Of a stretch of DNA of 46,506 nt, positions 7,058 through 14,406 are shown piece by piece; position 1 is the stretch's first letter; each line of letters opens with the position of its first letter. The translations under genes were made by a program, and so were the position numbers. Under the pieces are notes generated by a model. That model ran no database searches, was not told where the DNA came from, and saw nothing but the letters and a program-made list of their open reading frames with translations. Origin of the DNA: a virus; the IMG/VR virus record IMGVR_UViG_2554235504_000004, positions 1-46,506 of that record. One strand, written 5' to 3'.

Positions 7058-7896
7058 AGTCAGTATTCCCCTATCCCGGTGGGAAGGCGAAGCTAGCAGA
7101 CTGGATTGTTAGCCACTTTCCAGACCACGGCTGTTACGTCGAAGTCTTTAGCGGGAGTGCTGCTGTACTAGTATCGAAGCCAGAAACTCGGGTTGAGGTT
7201 CTTAACGACTTGGATGGTGATATAGTCCATTTCTTCAAGACACTCCGGGACAGGGGTAACGAACTCCGCGAGTGGTTAAGGAACACGCCGTTCAGTCGGG
7301 AACTACATGATGAGTATGCAACGGAGTTCTACGACGGGAAGCGGCCAGACGATGATATTGAGAGAGCTGGTAAGTTCTTCTATCTCCGATCAACCCAATT
7401 TAGCACTAAGTACGCTAGCAAGAGTGGGTTTGCCACATCGAAACACCCTCAAGTAGACCAAGCAGGTGCATACATGAACCGGGCCGCAGACCTCGATGAG
7501 TTTTCCGACCGTCTTCGGGACGTTGTCATTGAGTCCAAGGACTTCGGAGATATGTTCGACACCTATGACGGGGCTGAGACACTATTCTATTGTGACCCGC
7601 CCTATGTCGGACCCGGTGACTCTCTCTACTCCCACGGAGGGGAATTTGAGCACAGACGATTAATGGAGAGAGTGGCCGAGTTGGAGGGGAAGGTCATCAT
7701 ATCATACGAGGATTTGCCAGAGAGTACACCCGAATCGTTCTATGTTGCTGAGAAGGGGACCACGTATAGCATGGGTACGAACGGCCATGATGAGCGTAAA
7801 GAGGCCACTGAACGATTGGTGATGAACTTCGACCCGGAGGAAGTAACGCCCTTCGCCGGAGTTGACCAAGCCAACTTGGAGGCATTTGGGGACTGA
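7054..7896 (+). CDS. DNA N6-adenine methyltransferase, Dam / D12 class (copy 1)
   Basis: N-terminal FPYPGGK, SAM-binding EVFSGSAAV and catalytic FYCDPPY motifs. Confidence 0.85.
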   Translation: MKSVFPYPGGKAKLADWIVSHFPDHGCYVEVFSGSAAVLVSKPETRVEVLNDLDGDIVHFFKTLRDRGNELREWLRNTPFSRELHDEYATEFYDGKRPDDDIERAGKFFYLRSTQFSTKYASKSGFATSKHPQVDQAGAYMNRAADLDEFSDRLRDVVIESKDFGDMFDTYDGAETLFYCDPPYVGPGDSLYSHGGEFEHRRLMERVAELEGKVIISYEDLPESTPESFYVAEKGTTYSMGTNGHDERKEATERLVMNFDPEEVTPFAGVDQANLEAFGD

Positions 7897-8309
7897 TGAG
7901 CAAGCGGACTAAGACAATCTATCGACAGTACCAGCGCCTCAATCACCAAGGCTGGGAAATAGATGGTGTCGAGAACTGCGTGAAATTTAACGGAGGTAGC
8001 GAGACGACGGCTCACCGGGTGGCAAAAACCGTCGCAGCCAGTGTCTGTATTGACGTGGGGTATCGAGTCCGAAGTGAGGTCGAGTGTCCAAGTGGCGATG
8101 CAGACATCCTCGCATTCGGGCTGGAGGACAGACGCCCGATCGTGGTGGAACTCGAGAATGACCTATCCGAAGACGTGGCCGAACGCAAGCGAGAACAGTA
8201 CAACGTTGGTGATGTATCTGAAGTCTGGATTATCGATCTTGATAATGCGCCTGTTATGCCAGACGAACTCTATACCCATATCGCGTATGAAACAGGACTA
8301 TCCGTCTGA
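7896..8309 (+). CDS. Small PD-(D/E)xK-like (restriction-endonuclease/Hjc-fold) protein, function uncertain
   Basis: GDADILAF...(13 aa)...VVELEND resembles a D...ExE/K nuclease core. Its start overlaps the methyltransferase stop by 1 nt. Confidence 0.45.
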   Translation: MSKRTKTIYRQYQRLNHQGWEIDGVENCVKFNGGSETTAHRVAKTVAASVCIDVGYRVRSEVECPSGDADILAFGLEDRRPIVVELENDLSEDVAERKREQYNVGDVSEVWIIDLDNAPVMPDELYTHIAYETGLSV

Positions 8310-8603
8310 CAGTTCGTCGGGACGAATCTCGCCAGACATGAGCCGATCCCCCATCGGAGTTAACCTATAATACCCACGTTCAGTCTGTTCGACTAAGCCG
8401 TTATCTTGCAAATCCTCCCGAAGTCTCGTCCCGACATGGTCTGCTCCGAATGGGACGTTTTTCGAGACAGTTGATGGACTCAAAATAGCCGGGTCGCCAT
8501 ATGGGTCTCGCGCGCTATGCAGAAATTCCAGTATAGACGGGTCCGCCGGAACCATCCACTCTACCCGTCCATGCATATCCCCGTTTCCGTTTTGAGGTAC
8601 CAT
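8298..8603 (-). CDS. phiH1-repressor-like winged-helix protein
   Basis: EWMVPADPSILEFL...LQDNGLVEQTERGYYRLTPMGDRLMSGE matches the haloarchaeal phiH1 repressor-like pattern. Start uncertain (8603, 8576 or 8555). The track extension to 8780 looks non-coding. Confidence 0.65.
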   Translation of the reverse strand: MVPQNGNGDMHGRVEWMVPADPSILEFLHSARDPYGDPAILSPSTVSKNVPFGADHVGTRLREDLQDNGLVEQTERGYYRLTPMGDRLMSGEIRPDELSDG

Positions 8604-8827
8604 AAGCTTGCAGAACATTTCATGGAATATGACTATTGGGGGACTGCAGGATCTAAATGGATATCTACAGTCAGCTAATTGGATGACTACCCAACACAAG
8701 GTATATAACCAGTTATCCACAGATATACGTTTGGAAGATGGTGTGGGGGGAGTGACTGTCACCCAAGGCTTCACTTTCACCGCGCATCACAAGGACATAT
8801 ATGAAAAGGGATGGAAAATCATTAGAG

Positions 8828-8950
8828 ATGGTGGAACTCAGATGCACTGACTGTAACACGATAGTAGAGCACCCGGTAGGGGAGCCGGGACAAAAGACAC
8901 TCTGCGAAGAACACATGTTTAAACGCCTTAGGGACGTTGATATGCTGTAA
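8828..8950 (+). CDS. Possible mini zinc-finger ORF (40 aa)
   Basis: My translation is MVELRCTDCNTIVEHPVGEPGQKTLCEEHMFKRLRDVDML. It lies in an AT-rich gap. Confidence 0.25.
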   Translation: MVELRCTDCNTIVEHPVGEPGQKTLCEEHMFKRLRDVDML

Positions 8951-9058
8951 GATAGGACACATCCTCTTTACGGCACGATTACTTACTACTACAATTGGCT
9001 TTCGCGGAACTAAAAGACAAAATAGTCATTAGGCCCCCATGCAAATAGCCTGATTGAG

Positions 9059-9544
9059 ATGGCAAAAGACGTAACTCCAGATCACCTCAAAATTGCAAAT
9101 CATAATTTTGCAACAGAGACGCAGGAGGAAGTTGCAAAGATCATCGACGAGGAATGGGACCCAGACACCACACTCAAAGATTTGCACAAGGCACATGAAG
9201 GGAAGAACCGGTCCGAATCCATGTTTGGGAAGGTCTATAAGCGATACATGGCCATTGATGACGATAAGCAGTTTAATGATGGACTCAACGATCCCCGAAC
9301 CATCCAAGAGATCAAGAAAGACCACGGCAAAGTGAAAACCTACATCGACGATCGCTACAAGGGCAGGATCACGAAGGACGATTATCGGCCCTACCTACCC
9401 GCTGACGAATTAGAACCGCGCGACCTGTCCGAGTCAGAACCAGAGCCAGACGAACCGATGGTATCTATGGAGCAGTACCGAACTATGATGCAAGAGATGT
9501 ACCGTCAAGGCTTCCAAGACGGCAAGGACGCAAATCAATCGTAA
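9059..9544 (+). CDS. Hypothetical Lys- and Asp/Glu-rich protein
   Basis: 161-aa ORF in a visibly AT-richer segment. No recognisable motif. Confidence 0.55.
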   Translation: MAKDVTPDHLKIANHNFATETQEEVAKIIDEEWDPDTTLKDLHKAHEGKNRSESMFGKVYKRYMAIDDDKQFNDGLNDPRTIQEIKKDHGKVKTYIDDRYKGRITKDDYRPYLPADELEPRDLSESEPEPDEPMVSMEQYRTMMQEMYRQGFQDGKDANQS

Positions 9545-9958
9545 TTATATCTTGAGGGCGCGCTTGAGCTTGCTACCGATAGAGTCTCCTCCATCGATTT
9601 TGCTAATCCACTCAGTCATCATATTTGCATTGGGACCCAACTCAACCGTGCCAGTGTCACGATCTCGCTTGACGATATCGTTTTCCTCAAGACGGCCGAG
9701 GTGAGTTTGCTGCATCGACACGTAGATCGTGTGCCGTTCGTTCCCGCTGATGTCTTCGATAGGTCGTCCATATTCGATTTCAGCGACCATATCCACAAGG
9801 TCCCCAAAGTCCAGCGGTCCGTGATCAACTAGGATTCGAAGGGCGGCCCGACGGCGACTATTCGAGAGGAGCGCAAATATCTCATCGATTTCCGCGCTAT
9901 TGCTGCCAGTATCTTCTAAATCGGTGCTTTCAAGTCGCTGGGACGTGTGTACACTCAT
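9545..9958 (-). CDS. Winged-helix regulator of the haloarchaeal 'LLSNxRRRxxL' (ArsR-like) type
   Basis: FALLSNSRRRAALRILVDHGPLDFGDLVDMVAEIEYG...IYVSMQQTHLGRLEENDIV is the characteristic pattern. Confidence 0.7.
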   Translation of the reverse strand: MSVHTSQRLESTDLEDTGSNSAEIDEIFALLSNSRRRAALRILVDHGPLDFGDLVDMVAEIEYGRPIEDISGNERHTIYVSMQQTHLGRLEENDIVKRDRDTGTVELGPNANMMTEWISKIDGGDSIGSKLKRALKI

Positions 9959-10290
9959 GTTGGCTTCCTCATGGAGCCACTCGTCCGGTGTATCAGCACC
10001 GGGCGGCGTCTTTTGCTACGCCGGTTCGTGGCTTCGTACCTCATACTCACGGCTAAGGGATAATAAATCCCGGTGTTTCTTCGATACTCATATGCCCCGT
10101 AGGACCGCAATAACACCTTCTTAGACGTTTTCGTGAGAATTAGGCCATCTAGGCCGCAGATTCCAAAACATACACGACTGTCATTACACGCCTAATGTAT
10201 GTCTTTCAGATCATATGCACGATTAGACACAGCAATCTGGATAGATAACGATAAGCTTTATATGAACAGCGAATGATGTCTTCACTAAGC

Positions 10291-10411
10291 GCGGTAGCAA
10301 GCCCAAGAAGGAGGGCCTGTCAGGAGTGTCGGTCACTCCTGGCGTCCCTTAACCCCTTCTTCTTCCCGGAGAGGCATAAAGTTTGCCTCTGAGAGTGGCT
10401 TCGCTGTCCGC
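10291..10411 (+). ncRNA. Candidate structured RNA / structured 5' leader (three-helix junction)
   Basis: P1 is 10291-10303 paired with 10397-10411 (13 bp, two 1-nt bulges). P2 is a long imperfect hairpin at 10305-10361 with a perfect 8-bp core caggagtg/cactcctg. P3 is gaggca/tgcctc at 10371-10389. A TATA-like tttatat at 10257-10263 would place the TSS near 10288. Confidence 0.4.
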
Positions 10412-10427
10412 GTGATGACAGACAGCC

Positions 10428-10880
10428 ATGAGCTCGAATACACGCGGACGTCAGAAGAACAGCCAACTAATATACCTCATCGGGCACCATGAGGTTGAGC
10501 ACGAACACTACCCGCTAACAGGGGCTAGTGGACTAAAATATCCGGCTGATTACCACAAGATCGGCATTGCAGCTGAGCCAAGGCAACGCTTAGTCCGACT
10601 CAACTCAGGAACGCCACACCAATTGGAAATGGTCACTACTCTTGAGTCAGACGACGCTGCTGTAGTCGAGCAGAAACTCCATCAGATATACAGTGCCTCC
10701 CAAAAGACCGGCGAATGGTTCAAACTAACGCACAATGACATCAACTCGTTCGTCGCATTGAACCAACTGGACGTTGCAGACGTGGAAGCATTGGGCGGAG
10801 GGATGGTTCCACAGTGGATTGAGAACGGTACTAATCTGTATATTGAGGTTGAGAAGAACCGTCAGGGTGGTTCTCAATGA
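10428..10880 (+). CDS. T5orf172 / MUG113 (GIY-YIG superfamily) domain protein
   Basis: IYLIGHH...YHKIGIAAEPRQRLVRLNSGTPHQLEMV...VEQKLHQIY...GEWFKL matches the T5orf172 pattern. Confidence 0.65.
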   Translation: MSSNTRGRQKNSQLIYLIGHHEVEHEHYPLTGASGLKYPADYHKIGIAAEPRQRLVRLNSGTPHQLEMVTTLESDDAAVVEQKLHQIYSASQKTGEWFKLTHNDINSFVALNQLDVADVEALGGGMVPQWIENGTNLYIEVEKNRQGGSQ

Positions 10881-10882
10881 GC

Positions 10883-10913
10883 TACTCTACTACTACTACT
10901 ACTACTACTACTA
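10883..10913. repeat. (TAC)n microsatellite, 8 perfect units plus 1 interrupted
   Basis: tac-tc-(tac)x8-ta read directly from the sequence, in the intergenic gap after the stop at 10880. Confidence 0.95.
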
Positions 10914-10945
10914 TGTACAAATGTACATTTGATGTACAATGTACA
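10913..10945. promoter_or_regulatory. Four copies of ATGTACA (palindromic core TGTACA) overlapping the presumed promoter of the replication operon
   Basis: Copies at 10913, 10921, 10932 and 10939. The last copy ends 26 nt before ATG 10971, which is the TATA-box position for a leaderless mRNA. Confidence 0.45.
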
Positions 10946-10970
10946 TTCTTAGGTCAGTGGGGTGGTCGCA

Positions 10971-11387
10971 ATGTCTGAGGAACGGCTCGTTGCAGAGGTC
11001 CCGGACGAACTCAAGCGTCTGGTTGACGCAGACTCTCGGTTCAACAAGGAAATTGTACAAGCTGCCCTCTGGAGAGAGTTCGGTGGCGAGAAGAACTCTG
11101 CCATAGATCAACGTATCGATGAGAAGAAAAAGCGTATCACTGTTGTAGAGAACGAACTCGAGAAGAGGGAGGCCGAACTCGAGGAACTCCGGCGAGAACT
11201 CAAGGCATTAGAGGCCAAGCGGGAAGAGAAGTCTTCGAAAGCAGAACAAGTCCGCGATAACCTCGAGAACATCCCTGAGGAAAGCCTTACGCCGGACAAT
11301 CCTGCCGTCAAGACGCAGGCTGAGAAGGTCGATATGGAACCCGCTGAACTTCTGAAGGAACTCGGTTACGAGGTGGATGAAGAATGA
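10971..11387 (+). CDS. RHH-like N-terminal domain plus coiled-coil protein
   Basis: RLVAEVPDELKRLVDADSRFNKEIVQAAL is followed by an EKREAELEELRRELKALEAKREE heptad-like segment. ATGA overlap with mcm. Confidence 0.6.
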   Translation: MSEERLVAEVPDELKRLVDADSRFNKEIVQAALWREFGGEKNSAIDQRIDEKKKRITVVENELEKREAELEELRRELKALEAKREEKSSKAEQVRDNLENIPEESLTPDNPAVKTQAEKVDMEPAELLKELGYEVDEE

Positions 11388-13390
11388 CGGTCCAACTCTC
11401 TAAAGAGGATATCGAAGACCTTCAGCTATTCCTCCGGCGGTACTACAAGGAGGACATCCTCGAGTTGGCCCAGAAGTACCCCAACGAGCAGCGGTCTCTC
11501 GAGGTAGACTATGCGGACATCTACCAGTACGATCCGGACCTGGCCGACGACATCCACGTTCAACCAGAACCGTTCCTTGATGGGTTCGATGAAGCCCTTC
11601 GGACGTTCGACGTGTCGATAGACGTGGATCTGGAAAAGGCACGGGTGCGTATCGTGAACGCCGAACCGAACAAACGGGTCAACTCCCTTCGGTCGGAAGA
11701 CATCGAGCGGTATATCAGCGTAACGGCACAGACTGAGGAAATCACGCAGGTCAAGCCGGAAATCCGGGTGGGTGTGTTCAAGTGCAAACTGTGTGATACC
11801 AAGAACTACGCGGAGAAACTGGGAGACACCATTAGCCCGCCGAACCAGTGTGACGGATGCGAACGAAAAGCTGGATTCGACTTCCTTCGGAACGAGTCGG
11901 AAATCCGGGACAAGCAACTCATCAATCTGAAGCCTCTCCCGGAGGATAGTGGTGGAGATACCACGGGCGACCTGAAGGTGGAAGCCTATGGCGATCTTGC
12001 CGGTGATGTGAAGGCAGGGGACCGGATCAAAGTCTCCGGTCAACTCAAGATGGACGTCGACAGTATGCAGGTCGAGACGAATCCGGACGCATCCCGTGAC
12101 CTGTATATGCGTGCGAACGGGTTCGAACGTGAGCAAGAGTCGTTCGACGACCTGGAAACGACTCGGTTAGACGAGATAAAGGAATTAGCATCCCGGCCGG
12201 ATCTATACGAAGCCCTGATTCGGAGTTTCGCCCCGCACATCCTTACCGATGACTATGGCGACACTCTGAAGCTCGGCACGGTCCTGCAACTGTTCGGTGG
12301 GGTTCGTCGAGAACTCCCGAACGGTGTTACCCGGAGAGGTGACATCAATGTCTTACTCGTAGGAGAACCCGGCACGGGTAAGTCACAGTACCTTAGCGCG
12401 TCTAACGAGATATCACCCAAGGGCGTGAAAGCGTCGGGTAAGGGTGCAACAGCGGCCGGTCTCACGGCCACGGCAGAGCAGTCCGAACTAACAGGCGGTT
12501 GGTCGCTCAAGGCCGGGGCGCTGGTGATGGCGAATAACGGTCATGCGTGTATCGACGAGTTCGATAAGATGAGCGATGGGGCGCGGAAATCGATGCACGA
12601 GGCACTCGAGGACCAAGAAATCCCCATCAACAAAGCCGGGATGAACGTGACGCTACCCGCACAGTGTAGTGTTCTTGCAGCGGCCAACCCTGAGTATGGA
12701 CGGTACGATCGGACCACCCCGCTTTCCGAACAGATCAATCTCGGACCGACGCTAATCAGTCGGTTCGACTTGATTTATGGTCTGACGGACTCGGTTAACG
12801 AAGAGCGGGACAAGAATATCTCGAGACACCAACTCAAGACAACTGGCGATGATCTGGAACCGGAGATTGAGACAGACCTACTCCGAGAGTACGTCGCGTA
12901 TGCGCGCCAAAACGTCCGACCTTCGTGGCCGGACGGTGAACCGGAGGAAGAACTCGCGGAGTACTATGCCGATCTTCGCGATGACTCGGATGACGAAACA
13001 ATGGGCCCGTCTATCGGCCCGCGTATGAACGACGGCCTTCGACGTCTCTCGGAAGCGTCGGCACGGGCTCGACTCTCGGACGAAGTTGAAACCCAAGACG
13101 TCGAACGCGCAATGTCGCTAATGAACTTCCACATCGGACAGGTGGCTCTTGACGAAGAGGGGAACATCACGCAGGCGGACGGGAGTAAGCCGGTGAAACA
13201 GCAGAAACGAGAGGAGTTCGCACAGTTGAAGCCGGATATTCTCGAGGTTATTGGCGAAGATGAGCTGTTCCAAGATGAAATTGCTCGAGCGGTCGGACAT
13301 CCCGAGTCGAAGGTAGGGAACTACCTAGAGACGATGACTTCCGAGGGCGATTTGATCGAAGAGAACGGGAAGTACAGGGTGAACGACTAA
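11384..13390 (+). CDS. mcm: MCM replicative helicase
   Basis: C4 zinc finger CKLC...CDGC, Walker A GEPGTGKSQ, Walker B ACIDEFDKM and arginine finger SRFDLIY. Confidence 0.95.
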   Translation: MTVQLSKEDIEDLQLFLRRYYKEDILELAQKYPNEQRSLEVDYADIYQYDPDLADDIHVQPEPFLDGFDEALRTFDVSIDVDLEKARVRIVNAEPNKRVNSLRSEDIERYISVTAQTEEITQVKPEIRVGVFKCKLCDTKNYAEKLGDTISPPNQCDGCERKAGFDFLRNESEIRDKQLINLKPLPEDSGGDTTGDLKVEAYGDLAGDVKAGDRIKVSGQLKMDVDSMQVETNPDASRDLYMRANGFEREQESFDDLETTRLDEIKELASRPDLYEALIRSFAPHILTDDYGDTLKLGTVLQLFGGVRRELPNGVTRRGDINVLLVGEPGTGKSQYLSASNEISPKGVKASGKGATAAGLTATAEQSELTGGWSLKAGALVMANNGHACIDEFDKMSDGARKSMHEALEDQEIPINKAGMNVTLPAQCSVLAAANPEYGRYDRTTPLSEQINLGPTLISRFDLIYGLTDSVNEERDKNISRHQLKTTGDDLEPEIETDLLREYVAYARQNVRPSWPDGEPEEELAEYYADLRDDSDDETMGPSIGPRMNDGLRRLSEASARARLSDEVETQDVERAMSLMNFHIGQVALDEEGNITQADGSKPVKQQKREEFAQLKPDILEVIGEDELFQDEIARAVGHPESKVGNYLETMTSEGDLIEENGKYRVND

Positions 13391-13601
13391 GCAACGACAC
13401 GCTCCGCACGACGTAACCATGGTGAATTAGCACGGCAAAAGTCTGTTTAGCCATCCTGTCCTGATCTAATTCCGTTCCAGGACTACCTCCTACTTATTTC
13501 ACACCCTATAGACTCATCTACACTGTGCCTTTAGTCTAGTAAAGCACACTATTAGAGATTAATCGCCAGCTTTATTATGAGTAGCGCCTATAGCTGTGAG
13601 T

Positions 13602-13772
13602 ATGGCACAGGAAACTGAGGATGCTGAGGCCAAGTCAATTTGGCTGAACGATACGGCACAAGTCCCGTTTCAGGAATACAAGGCGGTGCTGGAAGAGCGG
13701 GCGAACGCGGAACAGAACCCGTCACAAGTCGTTGAAAGCGCGTGCAAGACCGCGCTGGAGGTGGAGGGATGA
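13602..13772 (+). CDS. Hypothetical 56-aa protein
   Basis: My translation is MAQETEDAEAKSIWLNDTAQVPFQEYKAVLEERANAEQNPSQVVESACKTALEVEG. The TATA-like tttattat lies about 27 nt upstream. ATGA overlap downstream. Confidence 0.4.
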   Translation: MAQETEDAEAKSIWLNDTAQVPFQEYKAVLEERANAEQNPSQVVESACKTALEVEG

Positions 13773-13927
13773 GTACCACGCTTCAGAACTTCGACGGTGG
13801 GGTAGAGGAGAGGCCAGACGAGTGTCAGTGTATTCGGGCGTTCCACGACCTCGCGTGCTTCGCGTGTTACCGTGCAGGGTTCGATGAGCCGAATCCGGAC
13901 GCTCCGGAGGTGTCCGACGATGAGTGA
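13769..13927 (+). CDS. Small Cys-rich protein
   Basis: MSTTLQNFDGG...CQC...CFAC. The start is reset from the track's non-ATG start to the ATGA-coupled ATG. Confidence 0.45.
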   Translation: MSTTLQNFDGGVEERPDECQCIRAFHDLACFACYRAGFDEPNPDAPEVSDDE

Positions 13928-14015
13928 GATGGTACTCGTGGCAGTCGGTCTGACCATGATGGCAGCGGGGGCACTCCCGATGAAAGAGACGCAACCGGGT
14001 GATTCCGATGAGTAA
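13920..14015 (+). CDS. Possible 31-aa single-TM peptide
   Basis: MSEMVLVAVGLTMMAAGALPMKETQPGDSDE, with ATGAGTGA and ATGAGTAA junctions on either side. Confidence 0.25.
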   Translation: MSEMVLVAVGLTMMAAGALPMKETQPGDSDE

Positions 14016-14124
14016 CTACACAATCGTGACGGAGTCGCGTGTGCTGTCAATCTCGGACGCGGAGACGGCAGAGAAATACAGCAAACAGGGGCACAAAGTC
14101 ACAGCAAAGGGTGAGAGCGAATGA
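14008..14124 (+). CDS. Possible 38-aa protein
   Basis: MSNYTIVTESRVLSISDAETAEKYSKQGHKVTAKGESE, start/stop-coupled on both sides. Confidence 0.3.
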   Translation: MSNYTIVTESRVLSISDAETAEKYSKQGHKVTAKGESE

Positions 14125-14273
14125 GCGCAGTCGAGTATAGCGGAGAGTGTCCCAACTGTGGGACGATCGGGGACTCGGACGTGACCTATCGTCTGGACAA
14201 GGGAGAACAGTGCCAGTGTAATAACTGCGGGTCGACGAACGTCACGCACGTTCGGAGGGTTGACAATGAGTAA
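14121..14273 (+). CDS. Zinc-ribbon mini-protein (50 aa)
   Basis: MSAVEYSGECPNCG...CQCNNCG, with an ATGA overlap. Confidence 0.45.
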   Translation: MSAVEYSGECPNCGTIGDSDVTYRLDKGEQCQCNNCGSTNVTHVRRVDNE

Positions 14274-14406
14274 GGCAGGGACCGGGAAGTACGTCATTAT
14301 CACGGAGAGCGGCACACGGCGGACGGATGACAAAGAGGAGTGGACGATGCTGATGGACCTCCTCGAGGAGCGAGAAAAGGACTACGAAACGGAGGTAGAC
14401 GACTAA
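14266..14406 (+). CDS. Possible 46-aa acidic protein
   Basis: MSKAGTGKYVIITESGTRRTDDKEEW..., ATGAGTAA junction. Confidence 0.35.
   Translation: MSKAGTGKYVIITESGTRRTDDKEEWTMLMDLLEEREKDYETEVDD

Noticed and set aside
8608-8850. 80-aa plus-strand ORF as a confident gene
   Set aside because: Its composition is atypical (neutral, Trp/Asn/Gln-rich) and there is no motif. It is left as an ambiguity in the findings rather than called as a feature.
9959-10290. Canonical archaeal ORB/mini-ORB origin elements
   Set aside because: I looked for the TTCCA...GGAAA-type dyad with a G-string and found only loose fragments (ttccaaaaca, repeated gtggcttcg). That is not enough to call an origin.
10291-10411. 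tRNA or tRNA-derived att site
   Set aside because: There is no cloverleaf and no T-loop GTTCRANYC signature, and the length and helix arrangement do not fit a tRNA. There is also no integrase in the genome. I kept it as a structured RNA candidate instead.
10883-10945. Possible CRISPR-like or tandem array
   Set aside because: The units are 3 and 7 nt with no spacers of CRISPR size. It is a microsatellite plus short operator-like boxes, not a CRISPR array.
11426-12136. 236-aa minus-strand ORF inside mcm (plus the other antisense ORFs at 11400-13454)
   Set aside because: The plus strand encodes an unmistakable MCM with all motifs. The antisense products are Arg/Val/Leu-rich shadows.
13670-14333. 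Minus-strand ORFs 13670-14050 and 14016-14333
   Set aside because: The plus strand here holds a chain of start/stop-coupled mini-ORFs, including a clear zinc ribbon. The minus products are Arg/Pro/Ser-rich.
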